In this document: positions 33,685 through 44,108 of the stretch, piece after piece | Position numbering within the stretch: position 1 is the stretch's first letter | Layout of the letters: the number at the start of each line of letters is the position of its first letter | The notes under the pieces: model-generated | Databases searched by the model: none | What the model was told of the DNA's origin: nothing | What the model saw: only the letters and a program-made list of their open reading frames with translations | Assembly: GCA_902595625.1 (NCBI GenBank) | Contig: CACJQQ010000005.1 | Location: 4,719-68,718 of the forward strand | Direction of reading: 5' to 3' | From: an uncultured Pelagibacteraceae bacterium | GTDB lineage: Bacteria; Pseudomonadota; Alphaproteobacteria; Pelagibacterales; Pelagibacteraceae | DNA length: 64,000 bases | Translations under genes and position numbers: made by a program

Positions 33685-34568
33685 GCTGCAGATTTTTTTC
33701 TCACTAAATTCTGATACGATTCATTCAAATCAGTAATTACTTTACAAACTTCAAATGTGTAGTCAGATATTTTTGAAACCGGGGTAACCTCTGCTGCAGT
33801 ACCTGTCAAAAAACATCCTACAAAGTCTCTCATTTCTTCGGGTTTTATCTTTCTTTCTACAACATCGATTCCTTTTGATTTAGCGATTTTAATCACTTCC
33901 CTTCTTGTGATTCCATCTAGAAATGAGTCGGGAATTGGTGTGTGTAATTCTCCTTTTTTATTTTTAAAAAAAATATTTGCTCCTGTAGCTTCTGCTATAT
34001 TTCCTTCATGATCTAACATCAAAGAGTCTGTATAACCATTTGCTTCAGCTTCATGCTTGGATAAGGTGCATATCATGTATAGACCCGCCGCTTTAGTATC
34101 CCATGGGATCGTATTTGGAGCTGGTCGTCTCCAATTCGAAATATTTAATTTAATTCCATTTAATTTAAGTTTTGGATCAAAATATGAACCCCATTCCCAA
34201 GTTGCGATTGCAACATGAATTTTATTTTTTTGTGCAGATATGGCCATCATCTCACTACCGCGCCAAATTAAAGGTCTTACATATCCATTTTGAACTTTTT
34301 GAACATTTACTATATTTTTACAAGCTTCATTAATTTCATTTTGAGAGTACGGAACTGTTATTCCCATTCTTTTGGCAGAATAAAAAAGTCTTTCAGTATG
34401 TTCCTCGAGTTTAAAAATTTCCCCTTCATAAACTCTCTCACCTTCAAACACACAACTCGCATAGTGCAGGCCATGATTAAGAATATGTATATTTGCATCT
34501 GCCCAATCAACAGTTTTGCCGTTAAACCAAATTTTTCCAGACCGTTTATCGTAGGGTATGCTTTCCAT
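33681..34568 (-). CDS. ilvE: Branched-chain amino acid aminotransferase
   Basis: LHYASCVFEG, EATGANIF, LDGITR and TGTAAEVTP motifs. Confidence 0.95.
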   Translation of the reverse strand: MESIPYDKRSGKIWFNGKTVDWADANIHILNHGLHYASCVFEGERVYEGEIFKLEEHTERLFYSAKRMGITVPYSQNEINEACKNIVNVQKVQNGYVRPLIWRGSEMMAISAQKNKIHVAIATWEWGSYFDPKLKLNGIKLNISNWRRPAPNTIPWDTKAAGLYMICTLSKHEAEANGYTDSLMLDHEGNIAEATGANIFFKNKKGELHTPIPDSFLDGITRREVIKIAKSKGIDVVERKIKPEEMRDFVGCFLTGTAAEVTPVSKISDYTFEVCKVITDLNESYQNLVRKKSAA

Positions 34569-34643
34569 TTAAGTAAATATATAGATTTTTTTATTATAAA
34601 AAAGTATATTCATAAATAGGATAAGTCAATATAACTTACCATT

Positions 34644-35084
34644 ATGAAAGATTTACTTTATCTTAAAGACGATCAAATAAAAGAGTTTATTCAGCTACTA
34701 TACTATGCTTATAGAGAAACTTTTTCTGACCCAAAAGAGATTTTGTCCAAAAAATTTTTTGGTCCTGCTCACTTGAGAGCTTTACATCTAATTGAGAGAA
34801 ATCCAGGTATTAATTTAGGTGAATTAATTTTTAGACTTAAGGTAACAAAGCAAAGCTTAAATCGAGTACTTAGAGACTTGATTAAGTCAAAGATGATCAA
34901 GCAAATTCAGGATGAAACCGATACAAGAAAGAAAAATCTGTTTTTAGATAAAGAGGGAAAAACTTTCTTTGATGTGGTTTATAACAGCCAGAAAAAAAGA
35001 ATATTTAACGCTTTAAAAAATTCAAATTCAGATTCAGTCATTAAGTTTAAAGATGTTCTAAAAAAAATAATAAATGGAAAATAA
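34644..35084 (+). CDS. MarR-family transcriptional regulator (PetP-like)
   Basis: wHTH with VTKQSLNRVL and DTRKK. The ilvE / MarR-OmpR-EnvZ arrangement is typical of alphaproteobacteria. Confidence 0.85.
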   Translation: MKDLLYLKDDQIKEFIQLLYYAYRETFSDPKEILSKKFFGPAHLRALHLIERNPGINLGELIFRLKVTKQSLNRVLRDLIKSKMIKQIQDETDTRKKNLFLDKEGKTFFDVVYNSQKKRIFNALKNSNSDSVIKFKDVLKKIINGK

Positions 35085-35751
35085 TAAAAGTCATATTTTA
35101 ATTGTAGACGATGATAATGGCATACGTAATCTTTTAAAAGATTATCTATCTCAAAATGATTATATCGTTTCAACAGCAGAAAATGCAAATCAAGCTAAAG
35201 AAAAATTAAATTACCTTAAATTTGATATCATGATTTTAGATGTAATGATGCCTGGCCAAAATGGATATGAATTAACAAAAGAAATAAAAAAACAAATGAA
35301 AATTCCAATCATATTACTTACTGCAAAAGGGGAAGTGGAAAATAGAATCAAGGGTTTAGAACTTGGTGCCGACGATTACCTTGGAAAACCATTTGAGCCT
35401 AAAGAATTATTATTAAGAGTTAAAAATATAATTGATAAAAATGCTAAACTTGATTTAAAATCTATACATAGCATTGGAAAAGCTAAAATTGATCTAAACA
35501 AAATGACTGTGAATGTTAATGAAAAATTCAAAAAAATTAATAATACAGAAAAAAAAGTTTTAATTGAAATGCTTGCAAATCCTGGAAAAACTTATTCGCG
35601 AGAAGAAATAGGAAAAATTTCTGGAATCAGCCAAGAGAGATCAATTGATGTAATGATTACAAGATTAAGACAAAAAATTGAAAAAGATCCAAAAAATCCA
35701 AAATATCTTCAAACTATAAGGGGCTCTGGTTATGTTCTCTGGATTGAATAA
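35074..35751 (+). CDS. ompR: OmpR-family response regulator (PetR/OmpR-like)
   Basis: VDDD, LDVMMP, GADDYLGKPF, RSIDVMITRLRQK and TIRGSGY motifs. Confidence 0.88.
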   Translation: MENNKSHILIVDDDNGIRNLLKDYLSQNDYIVSTAENANQAKEKLNYLKFDIMILDVMMPGQNGYELTKEIKKQMKIPIILLTAKGEVENRIKGLELGADDYLGKPFEPKELLLRVKNIIDKNAKLDLKSIHSIGKAKIDLNKMTVNVNEKFKKINNTEKKVLIEMLANPGKTYSREEIGKISGISQERSIDVMITRLRQKIEKDPKNPKYLQTIRGSGYVLWIE

Positions 35752-37051
35752 TTTTATTAAATATATTTTACCTAAAAGACTTTTCTATAGAGCTTTAATT
35801 ATTGTTGCGGCCCCAACAATTATTTTGCAAATAATAATTACAGTGGTTTTTTATGATAGTGTTTGGATTAAAGCTAATAAAAATATAACTAGATCATTAG
35901 TAAATCAATTAAAAACAATTGAAGAGGTTTATCAAAATGATAAAAAAAATTTAGATTTTTTTACTGATAGTTATAAAAATAATTTTAATTTTGAAATTGG
36001 GATTAATCAAGAAATTTTCCCTAATGACAGTGGAGAAAGAAGATTCAGTCCCATGGATAGATCGCTAAGAAGAGAATTAAAATCAGTTTTTGGAAATAAC
36101 AACTATTGGTTCAATACTTCTAAATTTAAAAATGCAGTTGAAATTAAAATTCGTTCTGGAGAAGATGTAATTGAATTTTTAGTTCCAAAAGAAATGGTTT
36201 CAACTTCCTCGGTAAGACTTTTTGTTTTATGGACTACATTACCTTCAGTAGTCTTAATTATAATCGCTTTAATTTTTTTAAAAAATCAAACTAAACCTTT
36301 AGTTAAGTTGGCAAAAGCTGCTGAAAGATTTGGTAAAGGAGATTATGTAAATGATTTTCGAGCCTCAGGATCCCAGGAAATTAGAAAAGCTGCTTTTGAA
36401 TTCGATCGTATGGCAAAAAGAATAAATCGACACCTTAATCAAAGAGCCGAAATGCTTTCAGGTATAAGTCACGATTTAAGAACACCTTTAACAAGATTAA
36501 AATTACAACTTGCGATGCTAAAACAAAAAGATATTTCAGAAAAAATGTCAAAGGATATAGATGAAATGGAGAAAATGCTTAATGATTATTTGCAATTTGC
36601 AAAAACTCAAACTCAAGAAGTTACGACCAAAATAAATATAAATAATATTTTAAGTTCTTTGAAAAAGAATTTTAATAATGAAAAATTGATAATAGAAAAT
36701 AATAATGAAATATTGGAATTGCAAGGGAGGCCAACTGCTTTAAAAAGATCTTTTGAAAATATAATACAAAATGGTTTAACTTATGGCGAAAATGTATATG
36801 TTCATGTTCAAAAAGGTAATAAAAGAGCTTTAGTTATAATTGAAGATGATGGGCCTGGTATTCCTGAAGATCAATATAAAAATGTTTTTAAACCCTTTTT
36901 TAGATTGGATAAAAGTAGAAGCTTAAACCAATCTGGTGTTGGTTTAGGCTTAGCTATTGTAGAAGATATAATAAATTCGCACGGTGGCAACATTCAACTT
37001 AACAAAAGTAAATATAACGGATTACAAGTTAAGATTTCTTTGCCTTTTTAG
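35732..37051 (+). CDS. envZ: EnvZ-like sensor histidine kinase
   Basis: Two TM helices, HAMP domain, SHDLRTPL, DDGPGI and GLGLAI motifs. Confidence 0.88.
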   Translation: MFSGLNNFIKYILPKRLFYRALIIVAAPTIILQIIITVVFYDSVWIKANKNITRSLVNQLKTIEEVYQNDKKNLDFFTDSYKNNFNFEIGINQEIFPNDSGERRFSPMDRSLRRELKSVFGNNNYWFNTSKFKNAVEIKIRSGEDVIEFLVPKEMVSTSSVRLFVLWTTLPSVVLIIIALIFLKNQTKPLVKLAKAAERFGKGDYVNDFRASGSQEIRKAAFEFDRMAKRINRHLNQRAEMLSGISHDLRTPLTRLKLQLAMLKQKDISEKMSKDIDEMEKMLNDYLQFAKTQTQEVTTKININNILSSLKKNFNNEKLIIENNNEILELQGRPTALKRSFENIIQNGLTYGENVYVHVQKGNKRALVIIEDDGPGIPEDQYKNVFKPFFRLDKSRSLNQSGVGLGLAIVEDIINSHGGNIQLNKSKYNGLQVKISLPF

Positions 37052-37274
37052 TTTTTTTTCTTTTTATTAATTTATTGATTATCGAGTTTTGCTTTTGGAC
37101 AATTTTTTTCAAAACTTCGAATTCCTCTCTAGATACAAGTTCAAGTTTATTAATCATTTTATCTCTTGTAAATTTAAGATCAGTAGATATTTCTTTTTTG
37201 ATATCTTTGGATGTTAAAATGCCATTTTCAATTAGGCTAGTCAGTGATTTTAAAATTTTTTCTGAGTTACTCAT
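37029..37274 (-). CDS. Accessory factor UbiK/BMFP family protein
   Basis: LELVSREEFEV motif followed by a coiled coil; divergent from lgt as in other alphaproteobacteria. Confidence 0.75.
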   Translation of the reverse strand: MSNSEKILKSLTSLIENGILTSKDIKKEISTDLKFTRDKMINKLELVSREEFEVLKKIVQKQNSIINKLIKRKKTKKAKKS

Positions 37275-37286
37275 AACTTACCTTAT

Positions 37287-37315
37287 TTGATGGCAATACT
37301 AATTTCAAATATGAT
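37287..37315 (+). promoter_or_regulatory. Putative sigma-70 promoter of the lgt operon
   Basis: TTGATG(37287-92)-17 bp-TATGAT(37310-15), ending 10 nt before the ATG. Confidence 0.55.
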
Positions 37316-37325
37316 ATAAGGAAAT

Positions 37326-38117
37326 ATGTACACCCATAATTTAGACCCTATTTTAGTAGATTTTGGGTTTATAGAAATCAGATGGTATTCTTTGGCATAT
37401 GTATTTGGAATAATAATTGGATGGTGGTTGGGAAAAAAAATCATACGACGCATCTTAATAAATAATAATTTAAAATTTAAACTAAACGATTTTGATGATT
37501 TAATTAGTTATTTAATTATCTCCATAGTTTTAGGTGGGCGACTTGGTTACGTAATTTTTTATAATTTTGGATATTATATTACAAATCCATTAGAAATTTT
37601 TAAGATCTGGGAAGGTGGGATGTCATTTCATGGTGCGCTGATAGGAATAATTATTGGCGTATATTTATTTTCAAAAAAAAAGGATATCCTAACATTTTTT
37701 ATGCTAGACATAATAGCTTGTGTTGCGCCTATTGGAATTTTTTTTGGTCGTATAGCAAATTTCATAAACAGTGAATTAATTGGTAAAGTTACTAATGTTC
37801 CGTGGAGCGTAGTATTTCCTTTAGTAGATAGACAATCTAGACACCCTTCTCAATTGTACGAGGCAATGTTAGAGGGAGTTATATTATTTTTAATTTTGAA
37901 TATTTTAATTTTTAAAAAGAAATACAAAGTTGGATCAAGTTCATGCCTATTTTTAATTTTTTATGGCATTTTTAGAATTTTATCTGAAATCTTTAGAGAA
38001 CCAGATGCTCATATCGGCTATTTGTTTGGCGTGTTTAGTATGGGAACACTATTAAGTTTCTTAATGATTTTAAGTGGATTTGTGATCTATAGTATTTTAA
38101 AAAAAAATGAAATCTAA
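37326..38117 (+). CDS. lgt: Prolipoprotein diacylglyceryl transferase
   Basis: IRWYSLAY, GGRLGY, GGMSFHG, GRIANFIN and RHPSQLYE motifs. Confidence 0.97.
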   Translation: MYTHNLDPILVDFGFIEIRWYSLAYVFGIIIGWWLGKKIIRRILINNNLKFKLNDFDDLISYLIISIVLGGRLGYVIFYNFGYYITNPLEIFKIWEGGMSFHGALIGIIIGVYLFSKKKDILTFFMLDIIACVAPIGIFFGRIANFINSELIGKVTNVPWSVVFPLVDRQSRHPSQLYEAMLEGVILFLILNILIFKKKYKVGSSSCLFLIFYGIFRILSEIFREPDAHIGYLFGVFSMGTLLSFLMILSGFVIYSILKKNEI

Positions 38118-39171
38118 TTTAAAATTCTTCAAAAAATCTAAAATACTTCCAGTTGATGAATTTTTTCAAAATGTTCTATACGATGAGAAGTTTGGATATT
38201 ATGCATCTAAATTTCCATTTGGGGAAAAAGGAGATTTTATTACTTCACCGAAAATTTCTTTCTTATTTTCAGAAATGATAGCTGTTTGGATTATTTCTAC
38301 TTGGGAGTTATTTGGAAAACCAAAAAATTTTAATGTTGTTGAACTTGGTCCTGGAGATGGTAGTTTAACAATTACACTTTTAAAATCATTTAAAAAATTT
38401 CCGGAATTTAATTTAATTAAAAAAATTTTTTTATATGAAAAGAGTAATTATTTAAAGAAAATACAGAAAAAAAGAATTTTAGATAAAAATGTAAATTGGA
38501 TTACTAATTTTGATAAAATAAAAAAAGGCCCAGTGATATTTTTAGGTAATGAATTTTTTGATGCAATTCCGATTAAGCAATTTAAAAGAAGAAGGGACTT
38601 TGTATTGGAAAAAAACTTTACACTTGATAAAAAATTAAAAATTAAAGAGACCTATAATAAAGCCTCAAACAATGACATTAAAATTTTAAAATCTTTTAAA
38701 ACCTTAAGGAAATTAAATTTTATCGAATTACCTAAGTTCGGTTTTCAAGAATTAAAAAAAATGATAAAAAAAATTTCTAAATTAAAAGGCTGTATATTGT
38801 TGATAGACTATGGGTATTTAAAATCAAATAATCTAAGTACTTTGCAATCTGTTATGAAACATAAAAAAAATAGTTTATTCGACAATTTAGGCAAGGCTGA
38901 CGTTACAGCTCATGTTAATTTTAGCCTTCTAAATGAATTTTTCCAAAAAAATAACTTAAAAGTAAATAATGTAATTACTCAAAAAGAATTTTTAGAAAAT
39001 ATGGGCATATTTGAAAGGGCTAAAATAATTGCAAAAAAAATGAGGTTTAGTGAACAAGCTGATCTTTTTTTAAGAATTAAAAGACTGATAAACCCAAATT
39101 CTATGGGTAATTTATTTAAAGTAATTTTGGCTTATAAATCTAATAAAAACAATTTTGCTGGATTTAGGTAA
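38107..39171 (+). CDS. NDUFAF7/MidA-family SAM-dependent methyltransferase
   Basis: GYY, GDFITSP, ELGPGDG, NEFFDA, IDYG, DVTAHVNF and MGNLFKV motifs. Confidence 0.9.
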   Translation: MKSNLKFFKKSKILPVDEFFQNVLYDEKFGYYASKFPFGEKGDFITSPKISFLFSEMIAVWIISTWELFGKPKNFNVVELGPGDGSLTITLLKSFKKFPEFNLIKKIFLYEKSNYLKKIQKKRILDKNVNWITNFDKIKKGPVIFLGNEFFDAIPIKQFKRRRDFVLEKNFTLDKKLKIKETYNKASNNDIKILKSFKTLRKLNFIELPKFGFQELKKMIKKISKLKGCILLIDYGYLKSNNLSTLQSVMKHKKNSLFDNLGKADVTAHVNFSLLNEFFQKNNLKVNNVITQKEFLENMGIFERAKIIAKKMRFSEQADLFLRIKRLINPNSMGNLFKVILAYKSNKNNFAGFR

Positions 39172-39932
39172 TGTTCTATTCAAAAAATCTAAAGAAAATT
39201 AAAAATATAAATCACTGCTTCTTCTCAAAAAAGAATGGATTTTCCAAGGGTATTTATAAAAGTCTGAATTGTGGAAGAGGATCGAAAGATAACAAAAAAA
39301 ATATTTATAAAAATTTAAGTTTTGTTTCAAGAAAAATGAGGGTTTCTAAAAATAAACTAATACTAATGCATCAAACCCACAGTAATAAAGTTGTAGAAAT
39401 AAAAAAAAATAATTTTAAAAAAAAAATTAGAGCAGATGCAATAATAACTAAAATGAGGGGTATTGCACTTGGAGTTGTGACTGCTGATTGTGTTCCAATT
39501 ATTTTATATGAAGCTGAAAACCAAATTATTGGCTGTATTCATGCAGGTTGGAAAGGTGCCTACTTGAACATAATTAAAAATACTATCAGAAAAATTAAAA
39601 AAATGAGTCCGAATAGTTTGATCTATGCATGTGTAGGCCCTTGTATAAGTCAAAAAAGTTATGAAGTTGATTTAATTTTCTTTAAAAAATTTATTAAAAC
39701 ATCTTATAAAAATAAAAAATACTTTATACATAAAAGTAATGAAAAAAAACTTTTTAATTTGAGAAAATTTGTAACCGACAAACTTCTTAAATATAAAGTT
39801 AAAGTTGATCAAATTGATAGAGATACTTTTGCTCAGAAAAGCAATTTTTTCAGCTATAGAAGGTCAAAAAAATTAAGTGAAAAAGATTATGGTAGATGTA
39901 TTTCTGCTATTTGTATGCCTAAACTTTATTAA
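39171..39932 (+). CDS. pgeF: PgeF/YfiH family (peptidoglycan editing factor / purine nucleoside enzyme)
   Basis: QTHS, TADCVPI, IHAGWKG, GPCIS and FFSYRR motifs. Confidence 0.9.
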   Translation: MFYSKNLKKIKNINHCFFSKKNGFSKGIYKSLNCGRGSKDNKKNIYKNLSFVSRKMRVSKNKLILMHQTHSNKVVEIKKNNFKKKIRADAIITKMRGIALGVVTADCVPIILYEAENQIIGCIHAGWKGAYLNIIKNTIRKIKKMSPNSLIYACVGPCISQKSYEVDLIFFKKFIKTSYKNKKYFIHKSNEKKLFNLRKFVTDKLLKYKVKVDQIDRDTFAQKSNFFSYRRSKKLSEKDYGRCISAICMPKLY

Positions 39933-39973
39933 TTTGAAAAGATATAGAAATAAGGTATAAGTAATTACATTTC

Positions 39974-40906
39974 ATGAAAATTTTATCTGGAACTAGCAAT
40001 TTAAAACTCAGTAGAAATATTGCTAAAAATTTAAAGTTAAAATTAATCAATACAAACATTAGAAGATTTGCTGATGGTGAAATTTATATTGAAATAAATG
40101 AGAATATAAGAGGAAATAGCGTCTTCGTTATTCAATCTACTTCTAACCCAGCAAATGATAATTTAATGGAATTGCTTCTGGTAATCGACGCACTAAAAAG
40201 ATCATCTGCTAAAACTATTACTGCTGTAATCCCATACTTTGGATATGCGAGACAAGATAGGAAGGTGGCACCTAGGACATCAATCTCAGCCAAAGTTGTT
40301 GCTAACTTGTTAACTAATGCTGGGGCAAATAGAATAGTAACCGTAGACTTACATGCCGGACAAATTCAGGGATTCTTTGATATGCCTGTAGATAATTTAT
40401 TTACTACACCATTATTTTCAAAATTTATAAAGAAAAAAATAAGTTCTAAAAGTTTAATTTGTGTATCTCCTGATATGGGCGGTGTTGCCAGAACTAGAGC
40501 TTTAGCAACTAGACTAAAAGCGGATCTAGCTATCATTGACAAAAGAAGACCTGCGCCTGGTAAGTCTGAAGTGATGAACATTATTGGAGATGTAAAAAAT
40601 AAAACTTGTATAATAGTTGACGATATAATTGACAGTGGTGGAACAATAACTAATGCCGTTGATGCTTTGAAGAAAAAAGGTGCAAAAGAAGTATATGTGT
40701 TTATTACACATGCGGTTCTAAGCGGCGATGCAGCCAATAAAATTAAAAATTCAAAAATTAAGAAATTAATAATTACCGACTCTATCGATAATTTTAGCAA
40801 AATTAAAAATAACAATAAAATTGAGGTCTTATCTATCTCATCTTTAATGTCGGAAGCTATAAAAAGAATAGCAAATTCAAACTCTGTGTCTGATTTATTT
40901 AATTAA
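39974..40906 (+). CDS. prs: Ribose-phosphate pyrophosphokinase
   Basis: FADGE, YARQDRK, DLHAGQIQGFF and VDDIIDSGGT motifs. Confidence 0.98.
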   Translation: MKILSGTSNLKLSRNIAKNLKLKLINTNIRRFADGEIYIEINENIRGNSVFVIQSTSNPANDNLMELLLVIDALKRSSAKTITAVIPYFGYARQDRKVAPRTSISAKVVANLLTNAGANRIVTVDLHAGQIQGFFDMPVDNLFTTPLFSKFIKKKISSKSLICVSPDMGGVARTRALATRLKADLAIIDKRRPAPGKSEVMNIIGDVKNKTCIIVDDIIDSGGTITNAVDALKKKGAKEVYVFITHAVLSGDAANKIKNSKIKKLIITDSIDNFSKIKNNNKIEVLSISSLMSEAIKRIANSNSVSDLFN

Positions 40907-40909
40907 CCC

Positions 40910-40938
40910 TTGTTTTGGTATTAAACTTGGGTTATATA
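40910..40938 (+). promoter_or_regulatory. Putative promoter of rplY-pth-ychF
   Basis: TTGTTT(40910-15)-17 bp-TATATA(40933-38), alphaproteobacterial CTTG...TATA style. Confidence 0.4.
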
Positions 40939-40955
40939 CCCTCTTCAATTAAATT

Positions 40956-41708
40956 ATGAGTAATTTAAAGGCAATAAAAAGAGGAAGCACCTCTTCTGGT
41001 TCAAACAATAAATTAAGATCTGAAGGTCTTATTCCAGCAATATTATATGGTGGTAAAGACGCTAATCAAAATATATCTATTCAAAAGAAAGAAATAAAAA
41101 ATTTGATAAACACAGATACATTTTTATCTAAAGTTTTAGAGTTGGATATTGAAGGTAAGAAGGAGAAAGTTATACCAAGAGATGTCGCATTTAACGTGGT
41201 CTCAGAAGAACCTATTCATATTGATTTTATGAGAATAGTAGCTGGGAAAAAAATTATTTTAGAAATTCCGGTTAAATTTATTAATCATCCAGACTCACCT
41301 GGATTAAAAAGAGGTGGTGTTTTAAATATAGTAAGAAGAAAAGTTGAATTAAAATGTCCTGCCGAAAATATTCCTGATGAAATCATTATAGATCTAACAG
41401 GAACAGATATTGGAACTAGTATTAAAATCTCCTCAGTAAAATTACCTGAAAATGTTTTTCCTACAATCACCGATAGAGATTTCGTTATTGCAACAGTTGC
41501 TTCTCCAACTGTCATTAAAGAGCCTGAAAAACCAGCAGAGGGTGATGCAGCAACAGAAGGAGTGGAAGGTGAAGCTCCTGCTGAAGGCGCAGAGGCAGCT
41601 GCAAAAGATGGTGATGGCGCTAAAAAAGATGACAAAGCAAAAGATGGTGCTGAAAAAAAATCTGAAGAAAAAAAACCTGCTGAAAAAAAACCTGCTGAAA
41701 AGAAATAA
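40956..41708 (+). CDS. rplY: 50S ribosomal protein L25/Ctc with acidic low-complexity tail
   Basis: IPAILYG, HIDF and PGLKRGG motifs; prs-rplY-pth-ychF order. Confidence 0.95.
   Translation: MSNLKAIKRGSTSSGSNNKLRSEGLIPAILYGGKDANQNISIQKKEIKNLINTDTFLSKVLELDIEGKKEKVIPRDVAFNVVSEEPIHIDFMRIVAGKKIILEIPVKFINHPDSPGLKRGGVLNIVRRKVELKCPAENIPDEIIIDLTGTDIGTSIKISSVKLPENVFPTITDRDFVIATVASPTVIKEPEKPAEGDAATEGVEGEAPAEGAEAAAKDGDGAKKDDKAKDGAEKKSEEKKPAEKKPAEKK
41667..41696 (+). repeat. 15-bp tandem duplication encoding EKKPA x2
   Basis: GAAAAAAAACCTGCT occurs twice exactly in the rplY tail. Confidence 0.85.
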
Positions 41709-41713
41709 TTAAT

Positions 41714-42286
41714 ATGCTTTTACTTGTCGGATTAGGAAATCCTGGATCCAACTATACTAATACCAGACACAATATTGGTTTTAAGATTATTGATGCTATA
41801 AACGCTCATTTTAAACTCTCTAAACAAAAACCAAAATTTAAGGGTTTGCTCACTACAGGAAATATTGATGAGAAAAAAATTTACGCTATTAAACCACTAA
41901 CATTTATGAATAATTCTGGAACCGCTATTAAAGAGTTAATAGATTACTTTAAAATTGACGCAAAAGATGTTTTTGTTTTTCATGATGATATGGATATTGA
42001 CTTTGGAAAAATAAAAGCAAAATTTGGTGGAAGTAGCGCAGGACATAACGGAATAGAGTCGATAGACAAGTTTATTGGCAAAGACTATTCTAGAGTTCGA
42101 ATAGGTATTGGGCATCCTAAACAAAAGAAAAAAGTTAATAATCATGTTCTAGAGGATTTTAAAGAAGATGAAGAGGATAAAATTAATGAAATAACGGAAA
42201 ATATTGTTAAACAATTGCCAACATTAATTGAAAAAAAGATAGACCTCTTTTCAAGCAAAGTAAATCAAGACCTTAATGGGATTTAA
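41714..42286 (+). CDS. pth: Peptidyl-tRNA hydrolase
   Basis: GLGNPG, TRHNIG, FMNNSG, HDD and GHNG motifs. Confidence 0.97.
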   Translation: MLLLVGLGNPGSNYTNTRHNIGFKIIDAINAHFKLSKQKPKFKGLLTTGNIDEKKIYAIKPLTFMNNSGTAIKELIDYFKIDAKDVFVFHDDMDIDFGKIKAKFGGSSAGHNGIESIDKFIGKDYSRVRIGIGHPKQKKKVNNHVLEDFKEDEEDKINEITENIVKQLPTLIEKKIDLFSSKVNQDLNGI

Positions 42287-43346
42287 ATGTGGTATCGTAG
42301 GACTTCCAAATGTGGGCAAGTCTACCCTTTTCAATGCTTTAACAGCCTCTAAAAATGCTGAAGCAGCTAACTTTCCTTTCTGTACAATAGATCCAAATAT
42401 TGGAATTGTAGATGTAGTTGACGAGAGGTTAGATAAATTAACCGAATTATCAAAATCTAAAAAAAAGATTTACACTAATATTACTTTTGTAGATATCGCG
42501 GGATTAGTTAAAGGTGCTTCTAAAGGTGAAGGATTGGGTAATAAATTTCTATCTCACATAAGAGAGGTCGATGCAATTATTCATTTAGTAAGATGCTTTG
42601 AGTCTGAAAAAATTACTCACGTAAATTCAAAAATTAACCCTGTTGAAGATCTAGAAACAATAAAAACTGAGATCATATTGTCAGATATTGATATCATTCA
42701 GAAAAAGCTTGAAAAAGGAAAGAAAAAACTCCTAGAAAAAAAACAGATAAAAATTTTGGAGGAAAAGCTTAACCAGTTGAACGAGGGTAAGGAAGTATCC
42801 GTTAACGATTTAGATGAAAAAAAATTCTTATCCTCTCTAGGTCTTTTAAGTATAAAGCCAAAAATAATTGTTTGCAACGTAGATGAAGGAAGTTTAGCAA
42901 ATGGAAATGCTTTTACCAAAGAAGTAAACAAAAGACAGTCAAATGAAAAAGTGGTGACTATTTGTGCAGATATAGAAGATCAAATTATGGGCTTAGATAA
43001 AAGTGAAAGAGAAACTTTTATGAAAGAAATTGGTCTTAAAAAAACGGGTCTTAATCAATTAATTAAAGAAGGATACGATCTCTTAAATCTCGATACCTTT
43101 TTTACCTCTGGTCCAGAAGAAAGTCGAGCATGGACAGTAGAAAAAAATACTCTTGCACCAAAAGCAGCAAGCGTCATTCACACTGATTTTGAGAAAAATT
43201 TTATTAGGGCAGAAGCTGTTACATGTGAGGATTTTATTAAATTTGGTAGTGTAGAAAAATGTAAAGAAAATGGAAAGCTAAGAATTGAAGGCAAAGATTA
43301 TATAGTTAAGGATGGAGATGTTTTATACTTCCGTGTCAACCCGTGA
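42276..43346 (+). CDS. ychF: Redox-regulated ATPase YchF
   Basis: GLPNVGKST, NFPFCTI, DIAGLV and a TGS domain. Confidence 0.97.
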   Translation: MGFKCGIVGLPNVGKSTLFNALTASKNAEAANFPFCTIDPNIGIVDVVDERLDKLTELSKSKKKIYTNITFVDIAGLVKGASKGEGLGNKFLSHIREVDAIIHLVRCFESEKITHVNSKINPVEDLETIKTEIILSDIDIIQKKLEKGKKKLLEKKQIKILEEKLNQLNEGKEVSVNDLDEKKFLSSLGLLSIKPKIIVCNVDEGSLANGNAFTKEVNKRQSNEKVVTICADIEDQIMGLDKSERETFMKEIGLKKTGLNQLIKEGYDLLNLDTFFTSGPEESRAWTVEKNTLAPKAASVIHTDFEKNFIRAEAVTCEDFIKFGSVEKCKENGKLRIEGKDYIVKDGDVLYFRVNP

Positions 43347-44108
43347 CCAAATTTTCCTCATACTTAGATAAACTAAAGTTGTTAATAGTACTAAATAAAT
43401 AATTACTTTTACACCTGTTCTGTGTCTTTCTTCTAATTCTGGCTCAGCAGCCCAAGCTAAAAAAGTTGTTACATCTTTAGCCATTTGATCAACAGTAGAC
43501 TCTGTGCCATCTGCATATTCAACTAGGCCATCCATTAAATTATTTGGCATTTTAATCTTATTGCCGGCCATATATTTATTATAATAAACACCGTCATCAA
43601 GAGTTACACCTGGAGGAGGGTCTTCGTAACCGACTAGAACTGAATAAATGTAATTAGCTCCTCCTTTTCTTGCTTTAACTAAAACTGACATATCAGGGGG
43701 GTATGCGCCGCCATTAGCAGCTGTTGCTGCCTGAGTATTTGGGTATGGGCTTTTAAATTTATCTGAGGGTTTTCCAGGTCGAGTAAACATTTCTCCCTGA
43801 GAGTCTGGACCATCCTCTATTTCGAAACTAGCAGCAATAGCTTTTACTTCTTGTTCTGAAAACTCGGGTCCGCCGGGTTCGCCTAGATTTCTATAGCTAA
43901 GATATTGCATTGAGTGACAAGAAGCACAGACTTCTTTATAAACTTGAAAACCTCTTTGTAGTGATGCTCTATCGAAAGTTCCTGTTAAGCCTTTAAAACT
44001 CCAATCCACTTTAATTGGATCAACCATTTCAGCGCTTTGTAGTGGTCTTAATGAGATAAGTAATAAAAAAGTTAATATAAAGAATAGTTTTGTATTAAAC
44101 TTTATCAT
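43323..44108 (-). CDS. petC: Cytochrome c1
   Basis: CASCH heme motif, [10 protein letters not shown] and a C-terminal anchor. Confidence 0.97.
   Translation of the reverse strand: MIKFNTKLFFILTFLLLISLRPLQSAEMVDPIKVDWSFKGLTGTFDRASLQRGFQVYKEVCASCHSMQYLSYRNLGEPGGPEFSEQEVKAIAASFEIEDGPDSQGEMFTRPGKPSDKFKSPYPNTQAATAANGGAYPPDMSVLVKARKGGANYIYSVLVGYEDPPPGVTLDDGVYYNKYMAGNKIKMPNNLMDGLVEYADGTESTVDQMAKDVTTFLAWAAEPELEERHRTGVKVIIYLVLLTTLVYLSMRKIWSRVDTEV

Noticed and set aside
41667-41705. Tandem repeat as a CRISPR or functional repeat
   Set aside because: Only two exact 15-bp units with no spacers, inside a disordered L25 tail.
40366-41712. Longer shadow ORFs (149 aa opposite prs; 116 aa and 86 aa over rplY)
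   Set aside because: They are explained by codon bias and the low-complexity rplY tail, with no independent evidence.
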